From NCBI GenBank assembly GCA_045652185.1, contig JAZRTU010000004.1:1-33407 (forward strand): 33,407 nucleotides of DNA, read 5' to 3'. Under the pieces are notes generated by a model. It was not told the origin of the DNA. It saw only the letters and a list, made by a program, of their open reading frames with translations, and did not search any database. Positions 1 through 8,997 of the stretch are shown one piece after another. A program made the position numbers and the translations under genes. Position 1 is the stretch's first letter. Every line of letters begins with the position of its first letter. Source of the stretch: Eubacteriales bacterium (GTDB taxonomy: Bacteria; Bacillota; Clostridia; Oscillospirales; CAG-382).

Positions 1-25
1 GACCGCTTGGCCTCCGACTTTAGTT

Positions 26-2539
26 ATGAAAAGAAGAATAATTTCGCTTCTTTTATTGGTAGCTCTTTGCTTGGGGCTTTTCTCCTGCAACGGCGGTAAT
101 GATAATAGCCTCACAGTAAGTGATGAAAAAAGTGATGTTTCCGATGAAGTGAGTACGGAGGTCAGCGAACCGTTGCCTTTTGACGTCCCCGTTTCCACGG
201 CTGATAATATGAAAGAACACGTAACTCTCGGCTGGTGGGATAACTTCGCAAAATTCAACTACGAAAACCTTTCTCTTTCCGATGCCCAACGCCTTGGCTC
301 AGAAGCAGGCGGAAGCTATATGTCCGACGAGGGAAGAGGACTCTATTGGAGATATTATTCCAAACAGTCCAATAAAGCCACTATCGATGCTTGGCATAAC
401 GCAGGACTTAAAATAGGCGCGTGGATCGAAGGACAAGGTGACAGCCGTATCTCTATCGTTGCCGTCAAAAAGAATGAAGATGGCACGTATAAACAAGCAG
501 GAAACGGAATGACCGAAATGCTTGCAAGCCATTGGTATAATTGGTCGAGCGGCGACCTATCTTCCTTCGGTGGTGCGAATGAAACGAAATGGATGGGTGT
601 CCAATCGTTTGTAAACGGTGATAAATGGCAAGGTGAATATATCCTCGAAAACTTTAAAAACATCTTGACACCGACCTATCCCGACGGCAGAGAAGCGATC
701 GGATACCTCGAGGACGATACGAAGCCTTATTCGGCGCTCCTCTATGACGCATGTGCAGCGAAGGATATCAACGGAAAATGGACTGCTGTTCCCGGAACAG
801 TGGCTAATGGAGCAAATAACTTTGCAACGAGCTATGTTGACCCATATGGTGCAACGAAAAAGATCACCGATGGTGCAGTTGCGAAGGATACAGCATCACC
901 GTTCTGGCTTTCATATAATATCGATTCGATCAACTTTTTCGCTGAGCTTGGAACAGACTGGTTCTGGTGCGATAACTGGAATGGCTGGGATAACTTCGGT
1001 GCAACTCCCATTGAAAGAGCGTTCGGTGACTGGAGCGAAGCGAATTTCAGAGAATATTTGAAAGCGCATCCCGAGTATGAGATAGCGAACGTCGATGAAT
1101 TCAGCATCACCGATTATATGAAAACACAGCTCAAAGAATATAATGCATCCGCAAACGGCAATAATTTGCGCGACGGCACTTGGAAAAACCAAAAATGGAC
1201 GGAAAACGAAATTTGGCTCGCATATATGAGCTTCAAATCCGAGTCCAATAAAGCATATAATATCGGTATCTATGATGCAGTAAAGGCTGCAAGCGATAAA
1301 GTCGGAAAAGAAATAATCGTTGGCTCGAATGACTTCCCGTATCTCACCATAAACGGATACGATACAAAGAAAATGGACCTCGTTCATACTGAATATATGA
1401 ACCACTATAACGCATCGACAGGCTCGATAGCCTCGGGCGATGCACCCTATTCCTATTCGGGACATACCTTCAATCTCTGTTCTAATACAACGAGATCGAA
1501 AAACGCAGTTTTGTGGTATTACCACGATTCACTCCCCGAAATGGGTAAAATGTATGGCTTTGAAGCGCTTGCGAATAACTGTACACTTTACGGCGGCGGT
1601 CAAACGACCGAGTCGATAGAGCTTGTGAATAAAACAATCGCAAAAACGAAGCGCTATTTCTCGGGAAGACAAATATATGCCGAGATCGGCGTTGTGTTCT
1701 GTGCAGAAAGCGAAACAACTTATTTCACACCGGGCGGAATAGATAACCTCAATACCGCAACGGCATATATGAGTTGGTGCCATGCGTTTGACGAGCTCAA
1801 CATCCCCTATAGAAGCGTACAAATGCAAAATCTTGCCGATGAGATAGGAATGTTCAGTGTTCTCGTGCTTCCGCAGATCCGCGCAATAGACCAAAGCTAT
1901 ATCGACGAGGTTTTGAAGCCCTTCCTTGATAACGGCGGAACACTTATTATTACAGGAAAAGATTCGGGAAAATACAGCTCGATGAAAAACGGCTTGAAGC
2001 TCAATGACAGCGCGCTTCTTGTTGATTTCGCTAACGAATATAATGGCGACGGCGAGATAATCTACTATGAAACGAACTTCTTGAACGCATATATGCAAAA
2101 AGTCGCAACCAGCAACACACAAGATGCCGTTGATAAACTCAAGGAAGATTACCTTGACCAAGTCAGCGAGCTTTATAGTGAATTTTTGAAGGATGGAACA
2201 CTTCTCCCACTCGCAACCTATGAGAACCTTCCCGAAAGTGTGGAGACTGTCCTCAACTATAACGTGACACAAAACCTCTACTTCTGTGATATCGTCAATA
2301 TGCAATATACGAAGAATAACGACTCGTTGACCGCAGTGGAAGAAGGCGTTGAAGTAACTTTGAGACTTCCGTCGAGACTATGGGGCAAAGAGCTTGAGGT
2401 AACACTCTTCAACGGTAATTCGCTGATTACGATCAACCGTCCGAAAACGATCGATTTTGAGCTTGATGATGAGTTTGTAACCGTAACTCTCCCCGAGTTC
2501 AACTATTACGTAAGTATCATGATCGGCGTCGCTGAATAA
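26..2539 (+). CDS. Secreted lipoprotein of unknown function, possibly glycoside-hydrolase-like
   Basis: Uninterrupted 837-aa ORF. The N-terminus MKRRIISLLLLVALCLGLFSC is a signal peptide with a lipobox Cys, followed by an acidic S/D/E/V linker. The segment FSVLVLPQIRAIDQSYIDEVLKPFLDNGGTLIITGKDSG resembles the GH42-type trimerisation (glutamine-amidotransferase-like) domain. It is Trp/Asn/Asp-rich (WFWCDNWNGWDNFG). The function is inferred only. Confidence 0.75.
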   Translation: MKRRIISLLLLVALCLGLFSCNGGNDNSLTVSDEKSDVSDEVSTEVSEPLPFDVPVSTADNMKEHVTLGWWDNFAKFNYENLSLSDAQRLGSEAGGSYMSDEGRGLYWRYYSKQSNKATIDAWHNAGLKIGAWIEGQGDSRISIVAVKKNEDGTYKQAGNGMTEMLASHWYNWSSGDLSSFGGANETKWMGVQSFVNGDKWQGEYILENFKNILTPTYPDGREAIGYLEDDTKPYSALLYDACAAKDINGKWTAVPGTVANGANNFATSYVDPYGATKKITDGAVAKDTASPFWLSYNIDSINFFAELGTDWFWCDNWNGWDNFGATPIERAFGDWSEANFREYLKAHPEYEIANVDEFSITDYMKTQLKEYNASANGNNLRDGTWKNQKWTENEIWLAYMSFKSESNKAYNIGIYDAVKAASDKVGKEIIVGSNDFPYLTINGYDTKKMDLVHTEYMNHYNASTGSIASGDAPYSYSGHTFNLCSNTTRSKNAVLWYYHDSLPEMGKMYGFEALANNCTLYGGGQTTESIELVNKTIAKTKRYFSGRQIYAEIGVVFCAESETTYFTPGGIDNLNTATAYMSWCHAFDELNIPYRSVQMQNLADEIGMFSVLVLPQIRAIDQSYIDEVLKPFLDNGGTLIITGKDSGKYSSMKNGLKLNDSALLVDFANEYNGDGEIIYYETNFLNAYMQKVATSNTQDAVDKLKEDYLDQVSELYSEFLKDGTLLPLATYENLPESVETVLNYNVTQNLYFCDIVNMQYTKNNDSLTAVEEGVEVTLRLPSRLWGKELEVTLFNGNSLITINRPKTIDFELDDEFVTVTLPEFNYYVSIMIGVAE

Positions 2540-2584
2540 GCACCCGACTCGATATACATAAATATTCTCAGGAGGAATTAACTA

Positions 2585-2887
2585 ATGGAAAGAAAATATC
2601 TTGGTATGGATAAGAACGTGTGCTTCGGTCTTGCATATCTTCCTTTCTTCATTGTAATTCTTATTCCGATCCTTCTTCTTGCGACGGATAAAGAACTTAC
2701 GGTTGATGAGAAGCGTATGTGCGTGGACGTTATTGCAATTCAATTGCTTGGCGGACTTCTTTCAGTTGTATGTGTAGGATTTGTACTTATGGTATTCGGC
2801 ATCATCGCCGCTATCAAACGTTTCCAAGGCGACTTTGCTTGGAAAGTACCGCTTATCAGCAAAATTTCCGAAGCTATCATTAAATAA
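2585..2887 (+). CDS. Small integral membrane protein (DUF4870-like)
   Basis: 100-aa ORF preceded by AGGAGGAA. It has two long hydrophobic segments and a C-terminal IKRFQGDFAWKVPLISKI tail like DUF4870 proteins. Its stop overlaps the next ATG by 1 nt (TAATG). Confidence 0.65.
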   Translation: MERKYLGMDKNVCFGLAYLPFFIVILIPILLLATDKELTVDEKRMCVDVIAIQLLGGLLSVVCVGFVLMVFGIIAAIKRFQGDFAWKVPLISKISEAIIK

Positions 2888-3429
2888 TGAAAAGTCCGAA
2901 GCTGTTTATTTGCTCGGATATCCATGGTTCAGCGCGCTTCTGCTCGTTAATGCTCGATGCATTCGATCGTGAACGCGCTGATGCATTGATAATACTGGGC
3001 GACGTATTGTACCACGGACCGCGAAACGCGCTTCCAATGGAGTATGATGCACCGAAGGTCATCGCAATGCTCAATGAACGAAAAAAGGACATCATCTGTG
3101 TCCGCGGTAATTGTGACAGTGAGGTCGACCAAATGGTGCTCGAGTTCCCGATAATGTCGGATACCTCGACCATCTTTGTTGACGGCAAAAAGCTGTTTTT
3201 AACTCACGGCCATAAATACGGACCGCAGAACTTGCCGCCGATAGGCGTTTGTGACACTCTCCTTTTCGGACATACCCACGTTCCCACCGACGTTACCGTC
3301 GATGGCGTTCGTTGTGTCAACCCCGGCTCGGTGTCTATCCCAAAAGGCGGAAGTGCGAATTCATATATGATCTATGAAAACGAGCGCTTCATCTGGAAAA
3401 CACTTGATGGTTCGATCTTTAATCCTTAA
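2887..3429 (+). CDS. yfcE: YfcE-family Mn-dependent phosphodiesterase (MJ0936 metallophosphoesterase)
   Basis: Metallophosphoesterase motifs are in order: SDIHGS, ILGDVLYHGPRNALP, VRGNCDSEVDQM, LTHGH, GHTHVP, NPGSVSIPKGG. It is nearly collinear with E. coli YfcE. Confidence 0.9.
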   Translation: MKSPKLFICSDIHGSARFCSLMLDAFDRERADALIILGDVLYHGPRNALPMEYDAPKVIAMLNERKKDIICVRGNCDSEVDQMVLEFPIMSDTSTIFVDGKKLFLTHGHKYGPQNLPPIGVCDTLLFGHTHVPTDVTVDGVRCVNPGSVSIPKGGSANSYMIYENERFIWKTLDGSIFNP

Positions 3430-3450
3430 ATAGTGCTATACTATATAGCT

Positions 3451-3479
3451 TAAAGGGGCTCTTTTAGAGTTTCCCTTTA
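3451..3479. terminator. Hairpin downstream of yfcE-like gene (TAAAGGG..CCCTTTA with inner CTCT/AGAG stem)
   Basis: An imperfect stem-loop is read directly from the sequence. No clear U-tract follows, so terminator function is uncertain. Confidence 0.35.
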
Positions 3480-3601
3480 GAATGCCTTGACGACTTCCTA
3501 TCTTTTTTCGTCGAGGTATTTTTTTGTGTGAAAATAGAATTTTTGAGATATAGTTACATATATCTCGACGAAAAAAGCAATATAAAATCTTTGAGGGGAT
3601 T

Positions 3602-3638
3602 CTTAAGGGGGACTTTCTATAGAAAGTCCCCCTTTAAG
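3602..3638. terminator. Strong 16-bp GC-rich hairpin just after the stop of the minus-strand SGNH gene
   Basis: CTTAAGGGGGACTTTC-TATA-GAAAGTCCCCCTTTAAG with one bulge, 13 nt from the stop at 3651. There is no canonical U-tract on either strand. Confidence 0.5.
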
Positions 3639-3650
3639 TTATATGATCGA

Positions 3651-4958
3651 TCATTCAACAATAAGCTCGAAGCTCAGTATCTCAACGGGCTGGTATGCAG
3701 TACCCGCAACGTATATCTTCGCACCGCTGATGACGACCTTGCCGTCGTGAATATTACCCGATGCAATAGGAAGCGACGAAAGCGGGATCGTAACGTCAAT
3801 AGTCTGGTTCGGCGTAACGTCACCCGTGTAGCTGTCGGTCTTGCAGTTGAAGTACGGATTCAAAACGAGATATTGCCCGTCTGCATAAGCGTTTGGCGAT
3901 GCGCCATCGAAAAAGATGATAACGCTCGTGTTAACATTTGCCGTCGTGAGCTTGATCTTGAGCTTTGCCGTGCTAATGTCAACTCGGTACCCCTTGTCAA
4001 ACGTGCATTGTGCATCGGGCCAAAGTCCGTTCGAGTTCGTCATCTTCAGCGTGTCGCCGCCTTTGACCGTCATCGTGCCTTGCTCAACGTACCAGCTGTC
4101 CTTGTCAAACGGAAGTATCTCCGTGTTTTCTGAAACGTCAATGAAATTGTCGTAATTTACTCTCTCTGCATTAGGGTCACTCGCGAAATGCTCCTTCAAA
4201 TATGCCGAAATAGTTTCGGCAAACACCTTGTTTCCGAGCTCGCTGAGATGTATTCCGTCAGGCTTGACTACTTGCTTTATCGCATATTCATCGCAAGCCG
4301 CACGAACGTCAATAAGGTCGCATGAAAGCTCGTTCGCAACCTCGCGTGCCGCCTCGTTGTATGTGTCGAGCCATTCGAGAATATCGCGCCCGCCATAAAG
4401 ATCGGGCGATTGACCTTGACTCGCAAAAAATACGTCCACGTCGAGTGGGTTCGTCGTGACGATCAGCGGAACTGCACCGATCTCACGCACCTTTTCAACA
4501 AGCTTCTTCATGTTGCGCTTGAACGCCTCGGGCGTGCATTTCGGCGTGTCCTTCGCCGTCATCAAAAGATCGTTCATCCCAAAGCAAAGCGTCACAAAAT
4601 CAGGGTTCCTTGCTTTAACGAACGCATTGAAGCGTAAAAGCCCCTCTGCACTCGTGATCCCGCCGCGCGCACCGTTGAAAAATTCCATGTTGCATTCCAT
4701 AGCGACCGTTTTTCCCCAGCTTCCGAGCGCCGTGATAGAGTCGCCGAAAACAACGAGCTTCGAGCCGTCGAGTATCTTTTCTTCGATTATCTCACTTTCT
4801 TCAACGCTCACGTCCGTGCTCTCCTCGACGCTTTGCGTGTCACTAACCACGTCGGATCCCTCGCCATTCGGGCTGCATGAAGCGAACATCGTGATAAATA
4901 TGCATAAAACTAAAAATAAAGCCGTTTTTTTCAAATCCTTTACCCCTTTCGGTATCAT
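3651..4958 (-). CDS. SGNH/GDSL-family hydrolase lipoprotein with a C-terminal beta-sandwich-like domain
   Basis: Lipoprotein signal LFLVLCIFITMFASC followed by an acidic linker. SGNH blocks are present: VVFGDSIT (block I Ser), GARGG, GMNDL, DGIHLS (block V Asp/His). About 170 aa of extra C-terminal domain follow. The ATG at 4958 has no SD sequence. A TTG at 4934 preceded by AAAGGGG would give MKKTALF... and may be the true start. Confidence 0.85.
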   Translation of the reverse strand: MIPKGVKDLKKTALFLVLCIFITMFASCSPNGEGSDVVSDTQSVEESTDVSVEESEIIEEKILDGSKLVVFGDSITALGSWGKTVAMECNMEFFNGARGGITSAEGLLRFNAFVKARNPDFVTLCFGMNDLLMTAKDTPKCTPEAFKRNMKKLVEKVREIGAVPLIVTTNPLDVDVFFASQGQSPDLYGGRDILEWLDTYNEAAREVANELSCDLIDVRAACDEYAIKQVVKPDGIHLSELGNKVFAETISAYLKEHFASDPNAERVNYDNFIDVSENTEILPFDKDSWYVEQGTMTVKGGDTLKMTNSNGLWPDAQCTFDKGYRVDISTAKLKIKLTTANVNTSVIIFFDGASPNAYADGQYLVLNPYFNCKTDSYTGDVTPNQTIDVTIPLSSLPIASGNIHDGKVVISGAKIYVAGTAYQPVEILSFELIVE

Positions 4959-5081
4959 TGGTTTTATTATAATCGATAAAAATAAAAAGTCAATATTAAG
5001 AAAAAATTAATAATTACCCACTATGATTTTAATATTTACTGTGATAAAATAAACTCAGAAAAGAAACAGGAGGTATGAAAA

Positions 5082-5768
5082 ATGGCAACGATACTTGTCT
5101 GCGATGACGAAAGAGATATTGGGTCCGCCTTGAAAATATATCTAACCTCGGAAGGTCATGATGTCCTGATAGCACATAACGGACACGAAGCGCTTCGACT
5201 TCTCGAGGAAAACGAGGTGCATCTCGTTTTGCTTGATATAATGATGCCGATAATGGACGGTATAACGGCGTTGACAAAACTGCGTGAAACGATGAACGTA
5301 CCCGTAATATTCCTCTCGGCAAAAAGTGAGGATACCGATAAAGTTCTCGGCTTGAACCTCGGCGCCGACGATTATATTACAAAGCCATTCAACCCCGTTG
5401 AGCTTCTCGCAAGAGTGAGATCCCATCTGCGAAGGTATATGTCGTTCGGTGGCAACGCTGAGAAAAAGCCGAGTATTATCGAGATAATGGGCTTGACGAT
5501 AGATAAAGCACAGCATACCGTCACAGTCGACGGTAACGACGTTCGGTTGACACCGACCGAATTTGAAATATTGCTCTTGCTTGCCGAAAACAGAGGAACT
5601 TTGTTCTCGACAAAGGAGATATACTCACGAGTTTGGAACGAAAGCGTCTATGGAGCCGATAATACCGTCGCCGTCCATATCCGTCATTTGAGAGAAAAAA
5701 TAGAAATAGACCCCGCAAACCCGAGATATATTAAGGTGATATGGGGGCAAGGATATAAGATAGTTTAA
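5082..5768 (+). CDS. OmpR/PhoB-family response regulator
   Basis: Receiver domain (ILVCDDE, LVLLDIMMP phospho-acceptor Asp, SAK, KPF) plus a winged-helix DNA-binding domain (LTPTEFEILLLL, IKVIWGQGYK). AGGAGG lies 9 nt upstream. Confidence 0.95.
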   Translation: MATILVCDDERDIGSALKIYLTSEGHDVLIAHNGHEALRLLEENEVHLVLLDIMMPIMDGITALTKLRETMNVPVIFLSAKSEDTDKVLGLNLGADDYITKPFNPVELLARVRSHLRRYMSFGGNAEKKPSIIEIMGLTIDKAQHTVTVDGNDVRLTPTEFEILLLLAENRGTLFSTKEIYSRVWNESVYGADNTVAVHIRHLREKIEIDPANPRYIKVIWGQGYKIV

Positions 5769-5784
5769 TAGGGAGGACAAGATA

Positions 5785-7719
5785 ATGAAAAATAAACGGA
5801 TAAAGAAGATTGGCGTTGTTTTCCTCGTGCTTGTCAGCACGATCTTGCTCGCATCGTCGTGCGTGATGATAGTGTATAGCGCGGTGGACGGCGTGTATGA
5901 AAGAAATAAAACCTTTTTTAGTAGCAGCTTGTGTGAGTTTACTGTCGATATCTACGAGAAAGATTTTATCGAGTATTATAATTGTGTTCTCGGACAAACA
6001 TCCGAGCTCTCAAAATATTCGGGCGAATCAAGAGAAAAGCTTCTTGAACGCTATGAAAAAATGTTCAGGCAGGAAAATTGTAACGTCTCGGTAGCGCTTA
6101 TGCGTGCCGATAAGGTGATCTTTTCAAATTACGAGCTTGAGGACTACGCTTATGAATGTAAATACCTGTCGCATAGACTGTACCCTAACGCAACATTCTA
6201 TCTGCGAATAGCATCCGAGGTGCATAAGGGAGACATCGTATATACTTATTATACGATTTGGAATTTTCTTCGCAATTATTCTGTGCTTGTATTTGCAGTC
6301 TTTCTTGGCTCATTGGCTTCTGTAATATATGGGCTCGTGAAGCTTTGCAAAATAGCCGGCGGAGATAAAGATGCAACAAACGAAAGCGGAAATGTCATTT
6401 GGCAGGGCGTTAGGATGTTCTGGTTCGATAAGCTCCCGCTTGAAATAATGAGTATCATATTCCTCGGCGGAATTGGATGTCTCGGTTACCTCAGCTTGCT
6501 TTTGAGCGTTGGAGTGTTGGACGAGTGCACGAAGGAGCTGATAAGAGAGTGTCCGTTTTACGTGCTTGGCACAGTCGTTGCGTTGTGGATCGTGATAGCA
6601 TTGGCATTGATGGTTTACCTAACGACTTTTTCGAGACGTGTGAAGGCAAAAATGCTCATCAAAACAACGCTCGTCTATTACGTTGCGGCATCTATAAGGT
6701 ATCTTCTAAATCTTGCATTTAAATTGACCGAAAACGTCTCGGGCGTGCTGAAAAGCATAGCTTTGGTGGTGCTTCTCGCTCTCGGTGACATCGCTTTGAC
6801 GATCGCATCCAACGGAGAGATAACGCTGTTCGTGTTCCTTATACACATGATCTTTCTTTTGGTGCTTCTCTATTTCTTGCTTTGCTTGGGCGCAATAAAA
6901 AAGAAAATACAAAGCTTCTCGAAGGGTGACTTTTCGAAGAAACTCGACGGCGACAATATGTTCGGCTCGCTCAGAAAGTGCGTGGATGATATCAATTCCA
7001 TCAGCGACGGCGTACAGGAAGAGGTAGTTCACAGAATGAAAAGCGAGCGGATGAAAACGGAGCTGATAACTAACGTCTCCCACGATATAAAAACACCGTT
7101 GACTTCAATAATAAACTATGTTGACCTTCTGAAGAAGGAAGAGCTTGAAAACGAGACGGCAAAGGAGTATATCGATGTTCTCGACCGTCAGTCGCAAAGA
7201 CTCAAAAAATTGACCGATGACCTCGTTGAAGCTTCAAAGGCACAAGCGGGGTGTGTTACAGTCAACCGCACACCTATCGATATCTCGGAGCTTCTGAAGC
7301 AGGTCGTTGGCGAGTATTCCGAGCGCCTTTCGGAAAAAGCATTGAACCCGATAGTCGAGGATGATACGGGCGGTGTGACGTTGAACGCCGACGGAAAACT
7401 TATGTGGCGAGTATTCGATAATCTGTTCGGGAACGTATGTAAGTATTCGCTTGAAGGTACTCGAGTCTATATCGGTATGAAAAAGATCGGCGAAAAATGT
7501 GAGATATCAATTACAAACTATTCGAAATACCCTCTAAGCACGATCGACGAGGCTGAGCTTTTCGAACGCTTTGTCCGCGGCGATGCATCGAGAAGTACAG
7601 AGGGAAGCGGTCTCGGACTGTCAATAGCAAGAAGTTTTGTAGAGCTACATGAAGGAAATATGGAGCTGAAAATAGATTCCGACCTCTTTAAAGTAATAAT
7701 AACATTGCCTTTGGTATAA
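5785..7719 (+). CDS. Sensor histidine kinase with a large polytopic N-terminal region
   Basis: H-box SHDIKTPLTSI, N-box DNLFGNVCKYS, G-boxes GSGLGLSIA. About 380 N-terminal residues contain multiple hydrophobic helices. GGGAGG RBS. It starts 16 nt after the regulator gene. Confidence 0.92.
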   Translation: MKNKRIKKIGVVFLVLVSTILLASSCVMIVYSAVDGVYERNKTFFSSSLCEFTVDIYEKDFIEYYNCVLGQTSELSKYSGESREKLLERYEKMFRQENCNVSVALMRADKVIFSNYELEDYAYECKYLSHRLYPNATFYLRIASEVHKGDIVYTYYTIWNFLRNYSVLVFAVFLGSLASVIYGLVKLCKIAGGDKDATNESGNVIWQGVRMFWFDKLPLEIMSIIFLGGIGCLGYLSLLLSVGVLDECTKELIRECPFYVLGTVVALWIVIALALMVYLTTFSRRVKAKMLIKTTLVYYVAASIRYLLNLAFKLTENVSGVLKSIALVVLLALGDIALTIASNGEITLFVFLIHMIFLLVLLYFLLCLGAIKKKIQSFSKGDFSKKLDGDNMFGSLRKCVDDINSISDGVQEEVVHRMKSERMKTELITNVSHDIKTPLTSIINYVDLLKKEELENETAKEYIDVLDRQSQRLKKLTDDLVEASKAQAGCVTVNRTPIDISELLKQVVGEYSERLSEKALNPIVEDDTGGVTLNADGKLMWRVFDNLFGNVCKYSLEGTRVYIGMKKIGEKCEISITNYSKYPLSTIDEAELFERFVRGDASRSTEGSGLGLSIARSFVELHEGNMELKIDSDLFKVIITLPLV

Positions 7720-7724
7720 TTAAA

Positions 7725-7758
7725 AGGACGAAGAATTTCTGATTCTTCGTCCTGTTTT
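7725..7758. terminator. Bidirectional intrinsic terminator between convergent genes
   Basis: AGGACGAAGAAT-TTCTG-ATTCTTCGTCCT is a perfect 12-bp stem. It is flanked by AAAA upstream and GTTTT downstream. Confidence 0.75.
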
Positions 7759-8390
7759 CATTCTTCTTTTTCTTCTATCGGCATGAAAACGACCTCTCCA
7801 CCCGTGCTGATAACAGCTTCAAGCGGTACGTCGCCGAAAATAACCGTGCACACCTCGTTGCCGTCACCTTCGTTGAAATAGAGTGTCAGACTTTGCAACA
7901 CATTTTCTTTGTCAAATACTAAGCTTGCGCAACCATATGCATCTCCAAATCCAAATGCTTCGGGGATAGGTGATGAAAAATCAAATTGCACACGCTTGTC
8001 GCCACCCGAAAACGAGAACACCTCCGTCGCAACCATATCTTCATAAGCGGATTTTTCTATGATCTCGTCGAGAAATATTTTCAAATATTCCAAAATTTCA
8101 GGTTTAAGCGCTTCAAAGTCAATTTCGCCCTCGCTCTTGTCGGAGAAGCTCGTTTGATGTACGTAGATCGAATTTTTTGTTCCGCTTTCTTCTTTGACTG
8201 TATAGGCGTAAATGTAATGTTGCCCATTGATCGCTTCCTGCTCTCCGAGCCCTTCCAACAACAATTTTGCATCTTTTTCGTCCAATTCGATCTCGGCGCC
8301 GTTCAACTGACGGAGCGAAAAGATACCGACGAGAAGAAGTACGACGGCGAGTGTCGCCAATACTATCGTAATTTGAAGTTTTTTGCTCAT
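7758..8390 (-). CDS. Hypothetical membrane-anchored protein
   Basis: 210-aa ORF with a GGAGG RBS and a single N-terminal TM helix (ITIVLATLAVVLLLVGIF). I recognised no family motif. It lies 15 nt downstream of the zinc-ribbon gene. Confidence 0.65.
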   Translation of the reverse strand: MSKKLQITIVLATLAVVLLLVGIFSLRQLNGAEIELDEKDAKLLLEGLGEQEAINGQHYIYAYTVKEESGTKNSIYVHQTSFSDKSEGEIDFEALKPEILEYLKIFLDEIIEKSAYEDMVATEVFSFSGGDKRVQFDFSSPIPEAFGFGDAYGCASLVFDKENVLQSLTLYFNEGDGNEVCTVIFGDVPLEAVISTGGEVVFMPIEEKEE

Positions 8391-8405
8391 GATCTACCTC
8401 CGAAA

Positions 8406-8819
8406 TCAATATGGCATCTCGGGTGAGATGAGCGCCGATATGAATTTATAAATACCTTGAAGCGTGTTATAAAGCATATCGGGCGCAAGAATAAGTCTTA
8501 TCACCATCATAACGACACTCATTATCATCGCGACGATAGAGATCCAAATAGCTTGCTTAGCGAATTGCAAATACATTCCTTTCTCGACCTTCTTCGCGTG
8601 CTTGATGGCAAGGATTCCGAAAACGAACCCAAGCGGCATAAATATCAAACCGGTACAAGCGATCCCTGCGAGAAGCTTCGCGCGCTTTGCGTGGAACATC
8701 GTAACGTCGTCGAGCGAGCTAACGTTGCTGACGTCCATCATTTTAACTTTATTTCCGCATTTCGGACACTTCGGTTGTTGACCGTCGTGAACGAAACCGC
8801 AATAATCACATTGAGGCAT
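8406..8819 (-). CDS. Zinc-ribbon / DUF4190-like membrane protein
   Basis: I chose the start at MPQCDYCGF (ATG at 8819) because AAGGAGAAG precedes it. There is a CxxC...CxxC zinc ribbon, then two or three TM helices. The 30-codon upstream extension in the ORF track has no RBS. Confidence 0.72.
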   Translation of the reverse strand: MPQCDYCGFVHDGQQPKCPKCGNKVKMMDVSNVSSLDDVTMFHAKRAKLLAGIACTGLIFMPLGFVFGILAIKHAKKVEKGMYLQFAKQAIWISIVAMIMSVVMMVIRLILAPDMLYNTLQGIYKFISALISPEMPY

Positions 8820-8932
8820 AATTCTTCTCCTTAAGAATATATTACATTTATATTTTATAACATTATATTGGAAAATACAATAGTTTTTTTGTGAATTTTC
8901 TTTCACCAAACAATAATAATAACGCCAAAATC

Positions 8933-8961
8933 TTGATTTTTCAACTTTTGTGCTGTATAAT
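8933..8961 (+). promoter_or_regulatory. Sigma-A-type promoter for the IGPD-like/hisJ-like pair
   Basis: TTGATT (8933-8938), 17-nt spacer, TATAAT (8956-8961), about 40 nt upstream of the start codon. Confidence 0.45.
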
Positions 8962-8997
8962 AAAATATAATAGCATAATTATACGAATTGGAGAAAT

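Noticed and set aside
3528-4133. A 201-aa plus-strand ORF starting in the spacer and running into the SGNH gene region.
   Set aside because: It is antisense to the SGNH hydrolase coding sequence and begins inside the palindromic spacer. The product is Arg/Val/Asn-rich with no motif.
8820-8909. A 30-codon N-terminal extension of the zinc-ribbon protein.
   Set aside because: It lies in very AT-rich promoter-like DNA. A strong AAGGAGAAG RBS sits immediately before the internal ATG at 8819.
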